A stretch of 50,208 nucleotides of DNA from an uncultured Candidatus Saccharibacteria bacterium (GCA_964365535.1 CAYIQG010000001.1:1-50208), one strand, 5' to 3'. Shown: positions 1-8,081, counted from the stretch's first letter. Numbers and translations: made by a program. The notes: a model not told the origin generated them from the sequence alone.

Positions 1-141
1 TACGGAATATTGAGCCGACATTATGGACACTGCGAATGTTGTCGAGTATTAAATACACAATTTGATTATTTGAACGGCGTTTATTGGTCATTGCTCATCT
101 TTTATTCTATAATACCCACATTACCATATAATATAACCATC

Positions 142-510
142 ATGCTTTCAATATTTCCATCCCTACTTTCGTATCAAGAGCTCTCCCCTTTTCTGATACG
201 TCTCGTCCTGGGTATTACCTTGGCTTATTTCGGATATAGAAAAATCAAAGGACGCGGACAAAGTTCTGGCAGTAATAGCGTTCTCTACGGCGCCGTGGAA
301 ATACTCGTCTCAATTTTCATCTTAATAGGCCTCTACACCCAGCTTGCCGCCCTCATCAATGTTATCATTCTCGCCATCAAGCTCGCGTTCAAAGCCAGAA
401 ATAAACAATTGCTTACGGATGGCATAAATTACTATATTCTCTTACTGGTTATGGCTATTTCTCTCATGGTTACAGGCGCCGGCTGGTGGGCGTTCGATCT
501 GCCGTTGTAA
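142..510 (+). CDS. DoxX-like small integral membrane protein
   Basis: The ATG at 142 lies 9 nt after a TATAAT (127-132). From this Met the product has about 4 hydrophobic helices and a FLIRLVLGITLAYFGYRKI segment typical of DoxX-family proteins. The first 44 codons of the 10..510 ORF look non-coding. Confidence 0.5.
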   Translation: MLSIFPSLLSYQELSPFLIRLVLGITLAYFGYRKIKGRGQSSGSNSVLYGAVEILVSIFILIGLYTQLAALINVIILAIKLAFKARNKQLLTDGINYYILLLVMAISLMVTGAGWWAFDLPL

Positions 511-526
511 ATCGCTATAAGAAGGG

Positions 527-600
527 TGCGCCCAGTTGGATTCGAACCAACGACCCTCTGCTTAAAAGGCAGGTGCTCTACCGGGCTGAGCTATAGGCGC
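527..600 (-). tRNA. tRNA-Lys (anticodon UUU)
   Basis: The reverse complement folds as a 74-nt cloverleaf. Acceptor GCGCCTA/TGGGCGC, D arm GCTC-AGCCCGGTA-GAGC, anticodon loop CTTTTAA, T arm GTTGG-TTCGAAT-CCAAC, discriminator A. A full CCA is not encoded. Confidence 0.9.
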
Positions 601-657
601 GTCTATATTTATTACGGGAATGACTATTCGGCACTTCCCCGCAACATTGACAGATTA

Positions 658-1398
658 TCACAATTTAGGTTTTCCGCAATTGAGGAGAAGTTTTTCCAGG
701 CCTATCTCAATATCAGCCATTCCCCTATGTCCATCGTGATATAGAACTATTAAGTTGGAAATATATTGGTCCAATTCTTTTTCAGAAAAGTTCCGTGCGA
801 ACCGCTTGCAATTCCCGAATACAAAAGGATTGAGTCCCGATTCCCCCGCGGTCTGCGCGTTTGAAGCAACCTTGACCGATTTCATCTGCCAAAATAGTGT
901 TCCAAGAATGTTCTCGGCTTCCAGTCCTTTTTCAACCGCCTGCCTGTATAATGTCCAGGCCTTGAATGGTTCGCGAGATGCCAGCGCGTCGCCGAGAGTG
1001 AATACATTGAATTCTTTTTTCTTGAATGAGTCGCCGGCATCAACCTCGTCGCAAAGCACAACTTTCTCCGCGTATTTTTCAAATAATTTCTTCAATTCCG
1101 CGTTCAACTTGCCTTCAAGAACAATGAAAATATTCATTGATTCTTGCATTTCTTGAATAAAATCAGGTAAAATCTCTCTTACATCTTTATTTTCCGTCAC
1201 GCGGTCAAGAAAAATAATGTATTTATTGGAAAACAATCCCTGACCGCCAAGATGTTCTTCTATGATTGAAGAATGGAAACGGTCGGCATCAATCGAAACA
1301 AAAGTCGCGTCGGACTTTTTCGCGCGCAGAGAATTGACAAGATTATGCGATTTCTCCAAGCCCTTTCTTATATCAGTACCATGAAAAACGTAGAGCAT
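658..1398 (-). CDS. holA: DNA polymerase III delta subunit-like protein (short form)
   Basis: The N-terminus MLYVFHGTD... and the GLFSNKYIIFLD segment match my memory of the HolA N-terminal domain pattern. At 246 aa it is shorter than classical HolA. Confidence 0.5.
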   Translation of the reverse strand: MLYVFHGTDIRKGLEKSHNLVNSLRAKKSDATFVSIDADRFHSSIIEEHLGGQGLFSNKYIIFLDRVTENKDVREILPDFIQEMQESMNIFIVLEGKLNAELKKLFEKYAEKVVLCDEVDAGDSFKKKEFNVFTLGDALASREPFKAWTLYRQAVEKGLEAENILGTLFWQMKSVKVASNAQTAGESGLNPFVFGNCKRFARNFSEKELDQYISNLIVLYHDGHRGMADIEIGLEKLLLNCGKPKL

Positions 1399-1415
1399 GA
1401 CTGAATTATATCAGA

Positions 1416-1577
1416 GCGGGAAGAGTAAGACACTCATTTCTTTTGAGTCGAGTACTCTTGTTCGAGCGTCGTAGAAATTACTAGATTTTCTAGTCGCGCC
1501 GTCGATCTAGAAAATCTTGCAATTTCACGGCGCGAGTTACGCAGACTCAAGAGAAATGAGTGTCTTACTCTTCCCGC
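1416..1577. repeat. Foldback element copy A: 34-bp arms (one T.G pair) around a 94-nt core
   Basis: Arm 1416-1449 gcgggaagagtaagacactcatttcttttgagtc is the reverse complement of 1544-1577 except at one position. The core 1450-1543 is homologous to the cores at 13276-13369 and 16230-16324. Confidence 0.85.
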
Positions 1578-2032
1578 CCCGTAAACACTATACCTCTCTC
1601 ATCTTCCCCCAAAGTCTCAAAATCAATTCTTTTCCAATCTTGTGGCAACGCCTTCTCAATATTATCCGCCCATTCTATGAGAACTAAATTATGCGAGTCA
1701 GAGACAATAGACTCAAAGTTAAGTGCCTCGACCTCCTCCGGTTTTTCAAGACGATACGCGTCAATATGCACCAGTCGCTTCCATGAAAAAAGTCCGACCT
1801 TTGAATTGATTTCATACAATTTCATGAGGACAAATGTTGGGCTCGTAACATGTTCCTTCACACCCAATGCTGACGCGACTGCCTGAATAAATGTCGTTTT
1901 CCCGGAACCCAAAGATCCACACAAACCGATAATGACAGCTTCGCTTGAATCATTACCGGCCGAAATATCCATCAACCACTTTTTGGCAATTTCTTTTGTT
2001 TCTTCCAATGAATGTGAAATGACAGTATTCAT
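1565..2032 (-). CDS. tsaE: tRNA t6A37 threonylcarbamoyl-transfer ATPase TsaE
   Basis: P-loop GLCGSLGSGKTTF followed by VTSPTFVLMKLYE, the TsaE/YjeE signature, at a typical size of 155 aa. Confidence 0.85.
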   Translation of the reverse strand: MNTVISHSLEETKEIAKKWLMDISAGNDSSEAVIIGLCGSLGSGKTTFIQAVASALGVKEHVTSPTFVLMKLYEINSKVGLFSWKRLVHIDAYRLEKPEEVEALNFESIVSDSHNLVLIEWADNIEKALPQDWKRIDFETLGEDERGIVFTGREE

Positions 2033-2085
2033 AACTTTCTGATTTTCAATGTGCCATTTTTCATTTTGATTTTTACATTTTTATT

Positions 2086-4623
2086 TTACTTCAACTCCCC
2101 CCAATTCATACCAATATGAATCTGCGCCGTCATGGCAATTCCTTTTGTTTCTTTGGGACCAACAATGCCTTCCATTATTTTCTTTATCTCTTCCGCAATC
2201 TCTTCCGCCTTATCCTCACGAATCTCAAAAACCAATTCATCGTGAACTTGCAATAGTGGAAATGCAATATCATCCAACTTTTTTTCTATAAAATATTCAT
2301 CGATTCGAACCATGGCCAATTTTATAATATCCGCTTCAGTGCCTTGAATAGGCGCGTTTATCGCCATTCTCTCGGCTTGCGCCTTGATGTACGGAATTTT
2401 GGAATAAATGCCCTCAAAATATCGTCTTCGACCGAACAAAGTCTCCGTGTATCCCTTCTCTGCGGTTTCAACTTTTACTTTATTTAAATACGAAGCGAGA
2501 GTGGAGAAGGTATTGAAATAATCATTCAAGAATTTCTGCGCTTCCTCGCGGGTCGAACCGAGATTTTGTTTCAAGGCGAGAACTCCCATGCCGTAAATAA
2601 TGCCAAAGTTGATCACCTTTGCCTGACGGCGCATTTCCGGAGTAATGTTTTTTGGTTCAACATTAAAAACAAATGAGGCAACCTGAGTATGCACATCCTC
2701 GCCTTTTTTGAAAATATCAATCAACTTTTCGTCGCCGGACAAAAAAGCGGCGATACGCAATTCCATCTGCGAATAATCAAGCGCGACAAGTTTGAATCCT
2801 TTTTCGGCGATGAACGCCCTGCGAATGGCTCGACCGAGTTCTGACTTCACTGGAATATTCTGCAAATTAGGCTCTTGTGAAGCCATTCTGCCGGTAGTCG
2901 TCCCTGACTGGAGAAAATGCGTATGTAGTCTATCATTCGCGTCGAGCAAAGGCGGAATAGCGTCAATATAAGTCCCGAGTAGTTTCGCCAATTCACGGTA
3001 CTCGAATATCATCGGAATCACAGGATGCATATCGCGCATCTTTTCCAATTCCGATTCTTTTGTGGAACGCGCGCCGCCGGCGGTCTTCTGTTGATTTTTC
3101 ACTTTCAACCCCAATTTGTCAAAAAGAAATTCGCCTAATTGTTTCGGTGAATTGATATTAAATTCGCCGCCCGCTTCATTCCATATTTTCTTTTCAAGTC
3201 CCTCGATAACCGAATGATATTCTTTCGATAATTCTTTCAATAAAACGCGGTCAACTTTGATTCCTCTTTCGTCCATCTTGTGAACTGCTGGAATTAAAGG
3301 TAATTCAATTTGCTCATAGACTTTTCTCAAATTTCTCTTGTCCAACTCCTCGAAAATAGCTTTTCTCGCGACTTCAAAGTCATTCGTATCCGCAAATCGC
3401 AAAATATCATCTAATTTTGGGTTTGTTATGTTGGAATCAATAAGCCATAAAGCGATTGCGACCTTTTCCAAATCGTCAACCGCTCCCTCTTCGGCGCGAC
3501 GAAGTGTCTTCGTTTCGCTCCGCTCCGCTCCGCGAAAGTCGACACTTGTCGCCGCCTCAACGGTCGCGGCTGGCGAATTACTCAAAGCATTTATTCCGAT
3601 AACCTTCTCAAACCTCTGTGGCAATGTCCGAAACTCCAATTCCCGCCATAACGCGCTTATTTTTTTCAAGTCTAGATTTTCCTTGAATGTTTTCTCCGGC
3701 AAAACAAAATCAATAGGTACATCCAAGCGAATAGTAGCTAGTGTTTTACTAAACTCCGCCTCCTCTTTATTATCTTTCAATAATTGAATAAGCCTTGGAC
3801 TAATTCCCGCCTTTTCAAACTTCTCTTCATGGCCAGATTCTAATTCTTGGTACATATTCTCTATCGAGCCGAATGTTGTAATCAATATCGTAGCCGTCTT
3901 TTCGCCTATTCCTTTTATTCCCGGGATATTATCAGACGGGTCCCCGCGAAGACCTTTGTAATCTGGAATGAGTTCGGGACCGAAACCGAAACGAGCGTTA
4001 ACGGCCTTTTCATCGTACATTATCGTGTCGTTTATTCCCTTCTTTAGGGTATAGACTTGCACCTCTTTGCCGCGAATGAGTTGCATGGTATCCATATCGC
4101 CAGACGCGATTATTATTTCTATACCATAAGATTCGTTGACCGCGTCGCTTCTGGCGGGAACAGCTCTTCCTCGCTCGGCTTTCGCCTCCTCGGAAGACTG
4201 TTCCCGCCCAAGCGACGCGGCTGACGATTTGCTTGAAGTCATTTGTTGAACAATAGTCCCGATAATATCATCCGCCTCAAAGCCCTGCTTATCGTAAATT
4301 GGAATATTGAGCGCCTCGAATATCTTACGCGAACTGAGCATCTGCGCTACGAGGTCGTCTTCGGCTTTTTTGCGGCCGGCTTTGTATTCTTTGTAGGCTT
4401 CGTGGCGATAGGTCGGACCTTTGACATCATAACAAGCGACAATATAGTCTGGTTTCAAATCTTCGATTATCTTTATGAGCATTGCCGAGAGACCGTAGAG
4501 AGCCCCGGTCGGCTCGCCTTTCCTGGTCGTGAAATCAGGCAGGGCGTGATAGGCGCGATGCAATATAGCATGCGCGTCCAATAGCACTAATCTTTTCTTT
4601 TTCCCCGCGTATGTCTTTGCCAT
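2086..4623 (-). CDS. polA: DNA polymerase I (5'-nuclease plus polymerase domains, reduced central region)
   Basis: N-terminal 5'-3' exonuclease motifs (LLDAHAILHRAYHA, GIKGIGEKTA). C-terminal family-A polymerase motifs (LVALDYSQMELRI, RRQAKVINFGIIYG, LQVHDELVFE). Confidence 0.95.
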   Translation of the reverse strand: MAKTYAGKKKRLVLLDAHAILHRAYHALPDFTTRKGEPTGALYGLSAMLIKIIEDLKPDYIVACYDVKGPTYRHEAYKEYKAGRKKAEDDLVAQMLSSRKIFEALNIPIYDKQGFEADDIIGTIVQQMTSSKSSAASLGREQSSEEAKAERGRAVPARSDAVNESYGIEIIIASGDMDTMQLIRGKEVQVYTLKKGINDTIMYDEKAVNARFGFGPELIPDYKGLRGDPSDNIPGIKGIGEKTATILITTFGSIENMYQELESGHEEKFEKAGISPRLIQLLKDNKEEAEFSKTLATIRLDVPIDFVLPEKTFKENLDLKKISALWRELEFRTLPQRFEKVIGINALSNSPAATVEAATSVDFRGAERSETKTLRRAEEGAVDDLEKVAIALWLIDSNITNPKLDDILRFADTNDFEVARKAIFEELDKRNLRKVYEQIELPLIPAVHKMDERGIKVDRVLLKELSKEYHSVIEGLEKKIWNEAGGEFNINSPKQLGEFLFDKLGLKVKNQQKTAGGARSTKESELEKMRDMHPVIPMIFEYRELAKLLGTYIDAIPPLLDANDRLHTHFLQSGTTTGRMASQEPNLQNIPVKSELGRAIRRAFIAEKGFKLVALDYSQMELRIAAFLSGDEKLIDIFKKGEDVHTQVASFVFNVEPKNITPEMRRQAKVINFGIIYGMGVLALKQNLGSTREEAQKFLNDYFNTFSTLASYLNKVKVETAEKGYTETLFGRRRYFEGIYSKIPYIKAQAERMAINAPIQGTEADIIKLAMVRIDEYFIEKKLDDIAFPLLQVHDELVFEIREDKAEEIAEEIKKIMEGIVGPKETKGIAMTAQIHIGMNWGELK
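3493..3556. repeat. Imperfect GC-rich palindrome with (CGCTC)x3 centre, inside the polA coding sequence
   Basis: ggcgcgacgaagtgtc ... cgctccgctccgctccgcg ... gacacttgtcgccgcc. It encodes the RGAERSETKT segment. Boundaries are approximate. Confidence 0.4.
4140..4220. repeat. 81-nt palindromic element inserted in frame in polA
   Basis: Arms ccgcgtcgcttctggcgggaacagctcttcc (4140-4170) and ggaagactgttcccgcccaagcgacgcgg (4192-4220) are reverse complements apart from 2 small indels or mismatches, with a 21-nt loop. 81 nt equals 27 codons. Confidence 0.7.
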
Positions 4624-4707
4624 ATCTTCATTGTATCAGTAAATTTGACCGTAAGGGATACTCCCTCGGTTATCCACATTATCTTCCACATTTTTCCCTG
4701 CTCCGAA

Positions 4708-4716
4708 TGCTATAAT
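4708..4716 (+). promoter_or_regulatory. Extended -10 promoter TGCTATAAT, 9 nt upstream of the ATG at 4726
   Basis: A near-identical block (gaatgctataat..ccttgaaatgcc) recurs at 7715-7740. Confidence 0.45.
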
Positions 4717-4725
4717 GTCCTTGAA

Positions 4726-4776
4726 ATGCCAAGCGACTTTCTCAAAACTCAAATTTTATTGGAAATTTATAAATAA
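4726..4776 (+). pseudogene. 16-codon relic (MPSDFLKTQILLEIYK) of the 7737..8081 gene family
   Basis: The first 9 codons match MPNDFLKTQ of the 114-aa paralog, and the same promoter block lies upstream. The body appears to be deleted. Confidence 0.4.
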
Positions 4777-4781
4777 AAAAT

Positions 4782-5264
4782 ATGAAAAACAATTCATCTA
4801 CTCTTGCTCGAATAGCTGTTCTATCTGGACTCGCTTTGGGGGCATTTGCTTTGTCGGCTTTAGCGGATTGGAATAATGCACCGCCTAATCCACCTGGTAG
4901 TAATGCGGAAGCGCCAATAAATGTAGGTTCAGTTTCCCAAACAAAGACTGGCTCTCTCATCATAGGAATACCGTCATCAGGAACTCCAAGCCCAGCAAAA
5001 TTAACAACAATAAGTGCTGATATTGAATCGGCCACTAATATTGCCACGTTCTACGCGAACAACTTATTGCAGGGCATTGCTATTGGATATAACACTATAA
5101 GACAAACTAATATTGCATCGCCACTCATACTTGATGCTAAAGTGGTCCGCGTTGTCGGAGGTCCAATAGCAACGGAAAAGGGGCTTATTATTGAGACGCG
5201 CACTTCGGCTCAAGGCGATCCCGCGAGTCCTGAAACCGGCAGAATGTGGCTCATAACCAATTAA
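4782..5264 (+). CDS. Secreted protein, paralog family A (conserved N-terminal module, variable C-terminus)
   Basis: Signal peptide MKNNSSTLARIAVLSGLALGAFALSALA, then the PP..N.EAPINVGS..Q.KTG module shared with 8104..9153. Confidence 0.75.
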   Translation: MKNNSSTLARIAVLSGLALGAFALSALADWNNAPPNPPGSNAEAPINVGSVSQTKTGSLIIGIPSSGTPSPAKLTTISADIESATNIATFYANNLLQGIAIGYNTIRQTNIASPLILDAKVVRVVGGPIATEKGLIIETRTSAQGDPASPETGRMWLITN

Positions 5265-5287
5265 TAACAGGTATTTTAAACTCTTTT

Positions 5288-7681
5288 ATGCTGAAAAAGA
5301 TAACAATAATTTTAGGTGTTCTTATTTTCTTCGGAGTAATTTTCCTTGCGCCAAGCTCACAGACTTTTGCCCAAGTTGTGGTGGCTGATGTTAATATTTA
5401 CAACTCTAAAATCATTTCGCAAGATAACAATACTGTTGTCATAGGGTTTGACATTTTTAATAGAACAGGCATACAGCCGGATATTAGATATAGCATTCAA
5501 CTTGTCAAAATTGACGAGCAAAACAATGGCGGTGCGGTCGCTGATACATATATTTATCCCGAAATAGTTAATCTCGGTGAAAATATGACAGTGCATAAGC
5601 AAGTATCTTATAGCATTCCGCCTGGTTTGCGAGGCAAATACGAAGTCTGGGTCATCAGTCAAAACAGTAGCGGACTGATGCTGGGCTTGGGTCGAGCTGG
5701 AATAGTTACTTTAGTGGGAAATTCTGCGGCAACAATTGAAATACTGTCTGAAACTTGCTCGCTTGCGGTGCAAGAAGATAAGAGTAAGGCGCGGTACAGT
5801 TTATTGCAAGGAGTTGATATCAGTTCGTCAGAATCTTTGATTATCACCTGCGCTATTCGCAATGGTTTTGATAAATCAATAAAGGTAACACCAAAGTTTG
5901 GAACATTTTATCGCAATGTTTTTGGCAAAGAAGTTGAACAGACGGGAGGAGCCACTTCGTCTGTAGCGCTGAAAAGCGGAGATAATAAGTTAATGTCTTT
6001 CATTCTTCCTAAAGCCACGAACCCTCAAGCTTATGATGTTAAATTTCGTCTGGCAACGGAAGATGGAAAAACAGTATCAAATACGATTATAGCTCACTAT
6101 GTTCTCCAGGGCGCCAGCGCTACCATTCAAAATATTACTCTTGACAAAGATATATACTACAAAGGCGATACCGCCAAGTTAATGGTTTTCTGGTCAGGCT
6201 CAGCGGATGGGTTTATGGGTTCGCGCGTAGGCACAAGCACGGCTATTGAGCTGCCCCGATTTGATATACGTATCAATAATTTCAAAGGCGAGCTCTGCGG
6301 GGAATTGTTAAATTACCAGCCAATCTCGTCAGTTGATAAAGATATAATCGTTCCAATTCAGCGAGACTGTATCTCGCCTCAAGTAACATTTGTTCTTTCA
6401 AGCAAATCAGTCCAAGACGGCGCTCCTCTGCTCGTTCAAAGCGATTTTAAAATTACAACCGACGAATCTAGACTTCCGTTACCCGAAACTTTCTCAAAAA
6501 AAATCTCATGGTTTGTTTTGATATTTTCAGTGTTAATATCAATCATTGTCGGTATAATATTATATAAAAAGAAAAAGAAATCTAGCTCTTCACTGCCGTT
6601 AAGTTTGTTTTTTATTATTTTTAGCGCCGGTATCTTAATAGCGTTGCCCAATCAAGCAGAAGCGCTGACACTTACATATGATGTAATATTTAAGAGCGGG
6701 TATGGATGGGAACAACTCACACACCCGAATTTTGTAATTAACCTTGATAAAAGTTCATATAAACCGGGTGAATCTATTAATGTGAGCATTAGCGCAAACG
6801 ATGGTATATGTAATAACCGTGGTGTTAACTTAAGAACATACGGGCGGATAGATAACATAAGTTATAATGCCGTTCAACCGGCAAATCGGTGGGGGGGGTC
6901 AGGCAGCGGTTACAACATTGATGTATATGATAAAATTCTGTTTTCGGGAAATGACGGGTCATCTGTAAATTCTGCGGGTGTTGCGCCTCCTGAAAATGGA
7001 ATGCATACTCTATGGATAACAAATCTTCATGGTGTTGATGGTGGATGTGAGTGGCGGGGACGTTGCCTAAAACGTATAGAGTGGCATAGATTATATAGTG
7101 ACCAACAGAATGCCGCCTACATTGGTGGTATCTACCGTATCCCCTTTGAAGTTACAGGTCAAAATATTGACATCGGTCTTAGAATATACAATGGAAGCGA
7201 GGTGGTAAAAATTGCCGCTGAGACCAGTAGTTCAAAATCCAATCTTCGCATCGCAAAAGGAGGAAAAGCGTATGGAATATCTCTGGTTGATAAAGGAGAT
7301 CCAGAAGGCTCAAAAGTTTTGATTAAGACCTCTTCAGGCGTAAAAGAGTTGAGAGAGTACACCGGAGCAGATGGCATATATGTACCTGTAAGTGCGTCCT
7401 GTAATTACATAAACACCACAGAAGACCCTTCTGGATCAGCATATATTACATGGGGGACAAATGTGAGCGGTGGAAATGGTTCATATTCGTATCATTGGCT
7501 ACAAAATAATCCGCCATTATATAATCCTTTCCCGGATGCAGTACTGACTAGAGATGGTGAAAGCTCCGCTACTTATTTTTATACCACCAAAGGAGAAAAA
7601 ACAACAAGCGTGGAAATTACATCAGGAGCAGGATGGTGGGACAAAACAACCGTTGCTTGTCCCGCAGTAACTTTGAATTAA
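5288..7681 (+). CDS. Large two-lobed surface protein with an internal transmembrane hairpin
   Basis: The ATG at 5288 gives the signal peptide MLKKITIILGVLIFFGVIFLAPSSQTFAQ. An internal ISWFVLIFSVLISIIVGIILYKKKKK-SSSS-LPLSLFFIIFSAGILIALPNQAEA splits two extracytoplasmic lobes. I recognise no family. Confidence 0.8.
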   Translation: MLKKITIILGVLIFFGVIFLAPSSQTFAQVVVADVNIYNSKIISQDNNTVVIGFDIFNRTGIQPDIRYSIQLVKIDEQNNGGAVADTYIYPEIVNLGENMTVHKQVSYSIPPGLRGKYEVWVISQNSSGLMLGLGRAGIVTLVGNSAATIEILSETCSLAVQEDKSKARYSLLQGVDISSSESLIITCAIRNGFDKSIKVTPKFGTFYRNVFGKEVEQTGGATSSVALKSGDNKLMSFILPKATNPQAYDVKFRLATEDGKTVSNTIIAHYVLQGASATIQNITLDKDIYYKGDTAKLMVFWSGSADGFMGSRVGTSTAIELPRFDIRINNFKGELCGELLNYQPISSVDKDIIVPIQRDCISPQVTFVLSSKSVQDGAPLLVQSDFKITTDESRLPLPETFSKKISWFVLIFSVLISIIVGIILYKKKKKSSSSLPLSLFFIIFSAGILIALPNQAEALTLTYDVIFKSGYGWEQLTHPNFVINLDKSSYKPGESINVSISANDGICNNRGVNLRTYGRIDNISYNAVQPANRWGGSGSGYNIDVYDKILFSGNDGSSVNSAGVAPPENGMHTLWITNLHGVDGGCEWRGRCLKRIEWHRLYSDQQNAAYIGGIYRIPFEVTGQNIDIGLRIYNGSEVVKIAAETSSSKSNLRIAKGGKAYGISLVDKGDPEGSKVLIKTSSGVKELREYTGADGIYVPVSASCNYINTTEDPSGSAYITWGTNVSGGNGSYSYHWLQNNPPLYNPFPDAVLTRDGESSATYFYTTKGEKTTSVEITSGAGWWDKTTVACPAVTLN

Positions 7682-7718
7682 TAAGCAAGTAAATGTAATT
7701 TCTTATTTTCCGCGCGAA

Positions 7719-7727
7719 TGCTATAAT
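7719..7727 (+). promoter_or_regulatory. Extended -10 promoter TGCTATAAT, 9 nt upstream of the ATG at 7737
   Basis: Duplicate of the 4708-4716 block. Confidence 0.45.
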
Positions 7728-7736
7728 ACCCTTGAA

Positions 7737-8081
7737 ATGCCCAATGATTTTCTCAAAACACAATTACTTCCGGGCCAACCGATACCTCATCATGAGCATC
7801 GCAAATTGATTGTCGTGCTTATTGTGGTTTTGGTCGTGGCGATCATCGTGGGTGTTGGTTTGTGGTGGAACGCTTCACAAGTGCCATCGCAACAGGTACC
7901 AACATCGGTCGCCGTTGACCAGCGAACTCAGATGGTCAATCAAGCTCTATTGACTTTGAAAGACGCAAAGCCAGCCACGCAAACTGAAATACAGACCGCG
8001 TTGAAACAACTTTCTAAGTCGAAAGTGAAAGTAACGCAGAGTCAAATAGATGAGGCGTTGAATCAATTAAAAGCGCGATAA
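7737..8081 (+). CDS. Single-pass membrane protein (114 aa)
   Basis: TM helix LIVVLIVVLVVAIIVGVGLWW followed by a hydrophilic helical tail. Its promoter and first codons are duplicated at 4704-4755. Confidence 0.7.
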   Translation: MPNDFLKTQLLPGQPIPHHEHRKLIVVLIVVLVVAIIVGVGLWWNASQVPSQQVPTSVAVDQRTQMVNQALLTLKDAKPATQTEIQTALKQLSKSKVKVTQSQIDEALNQLKAR

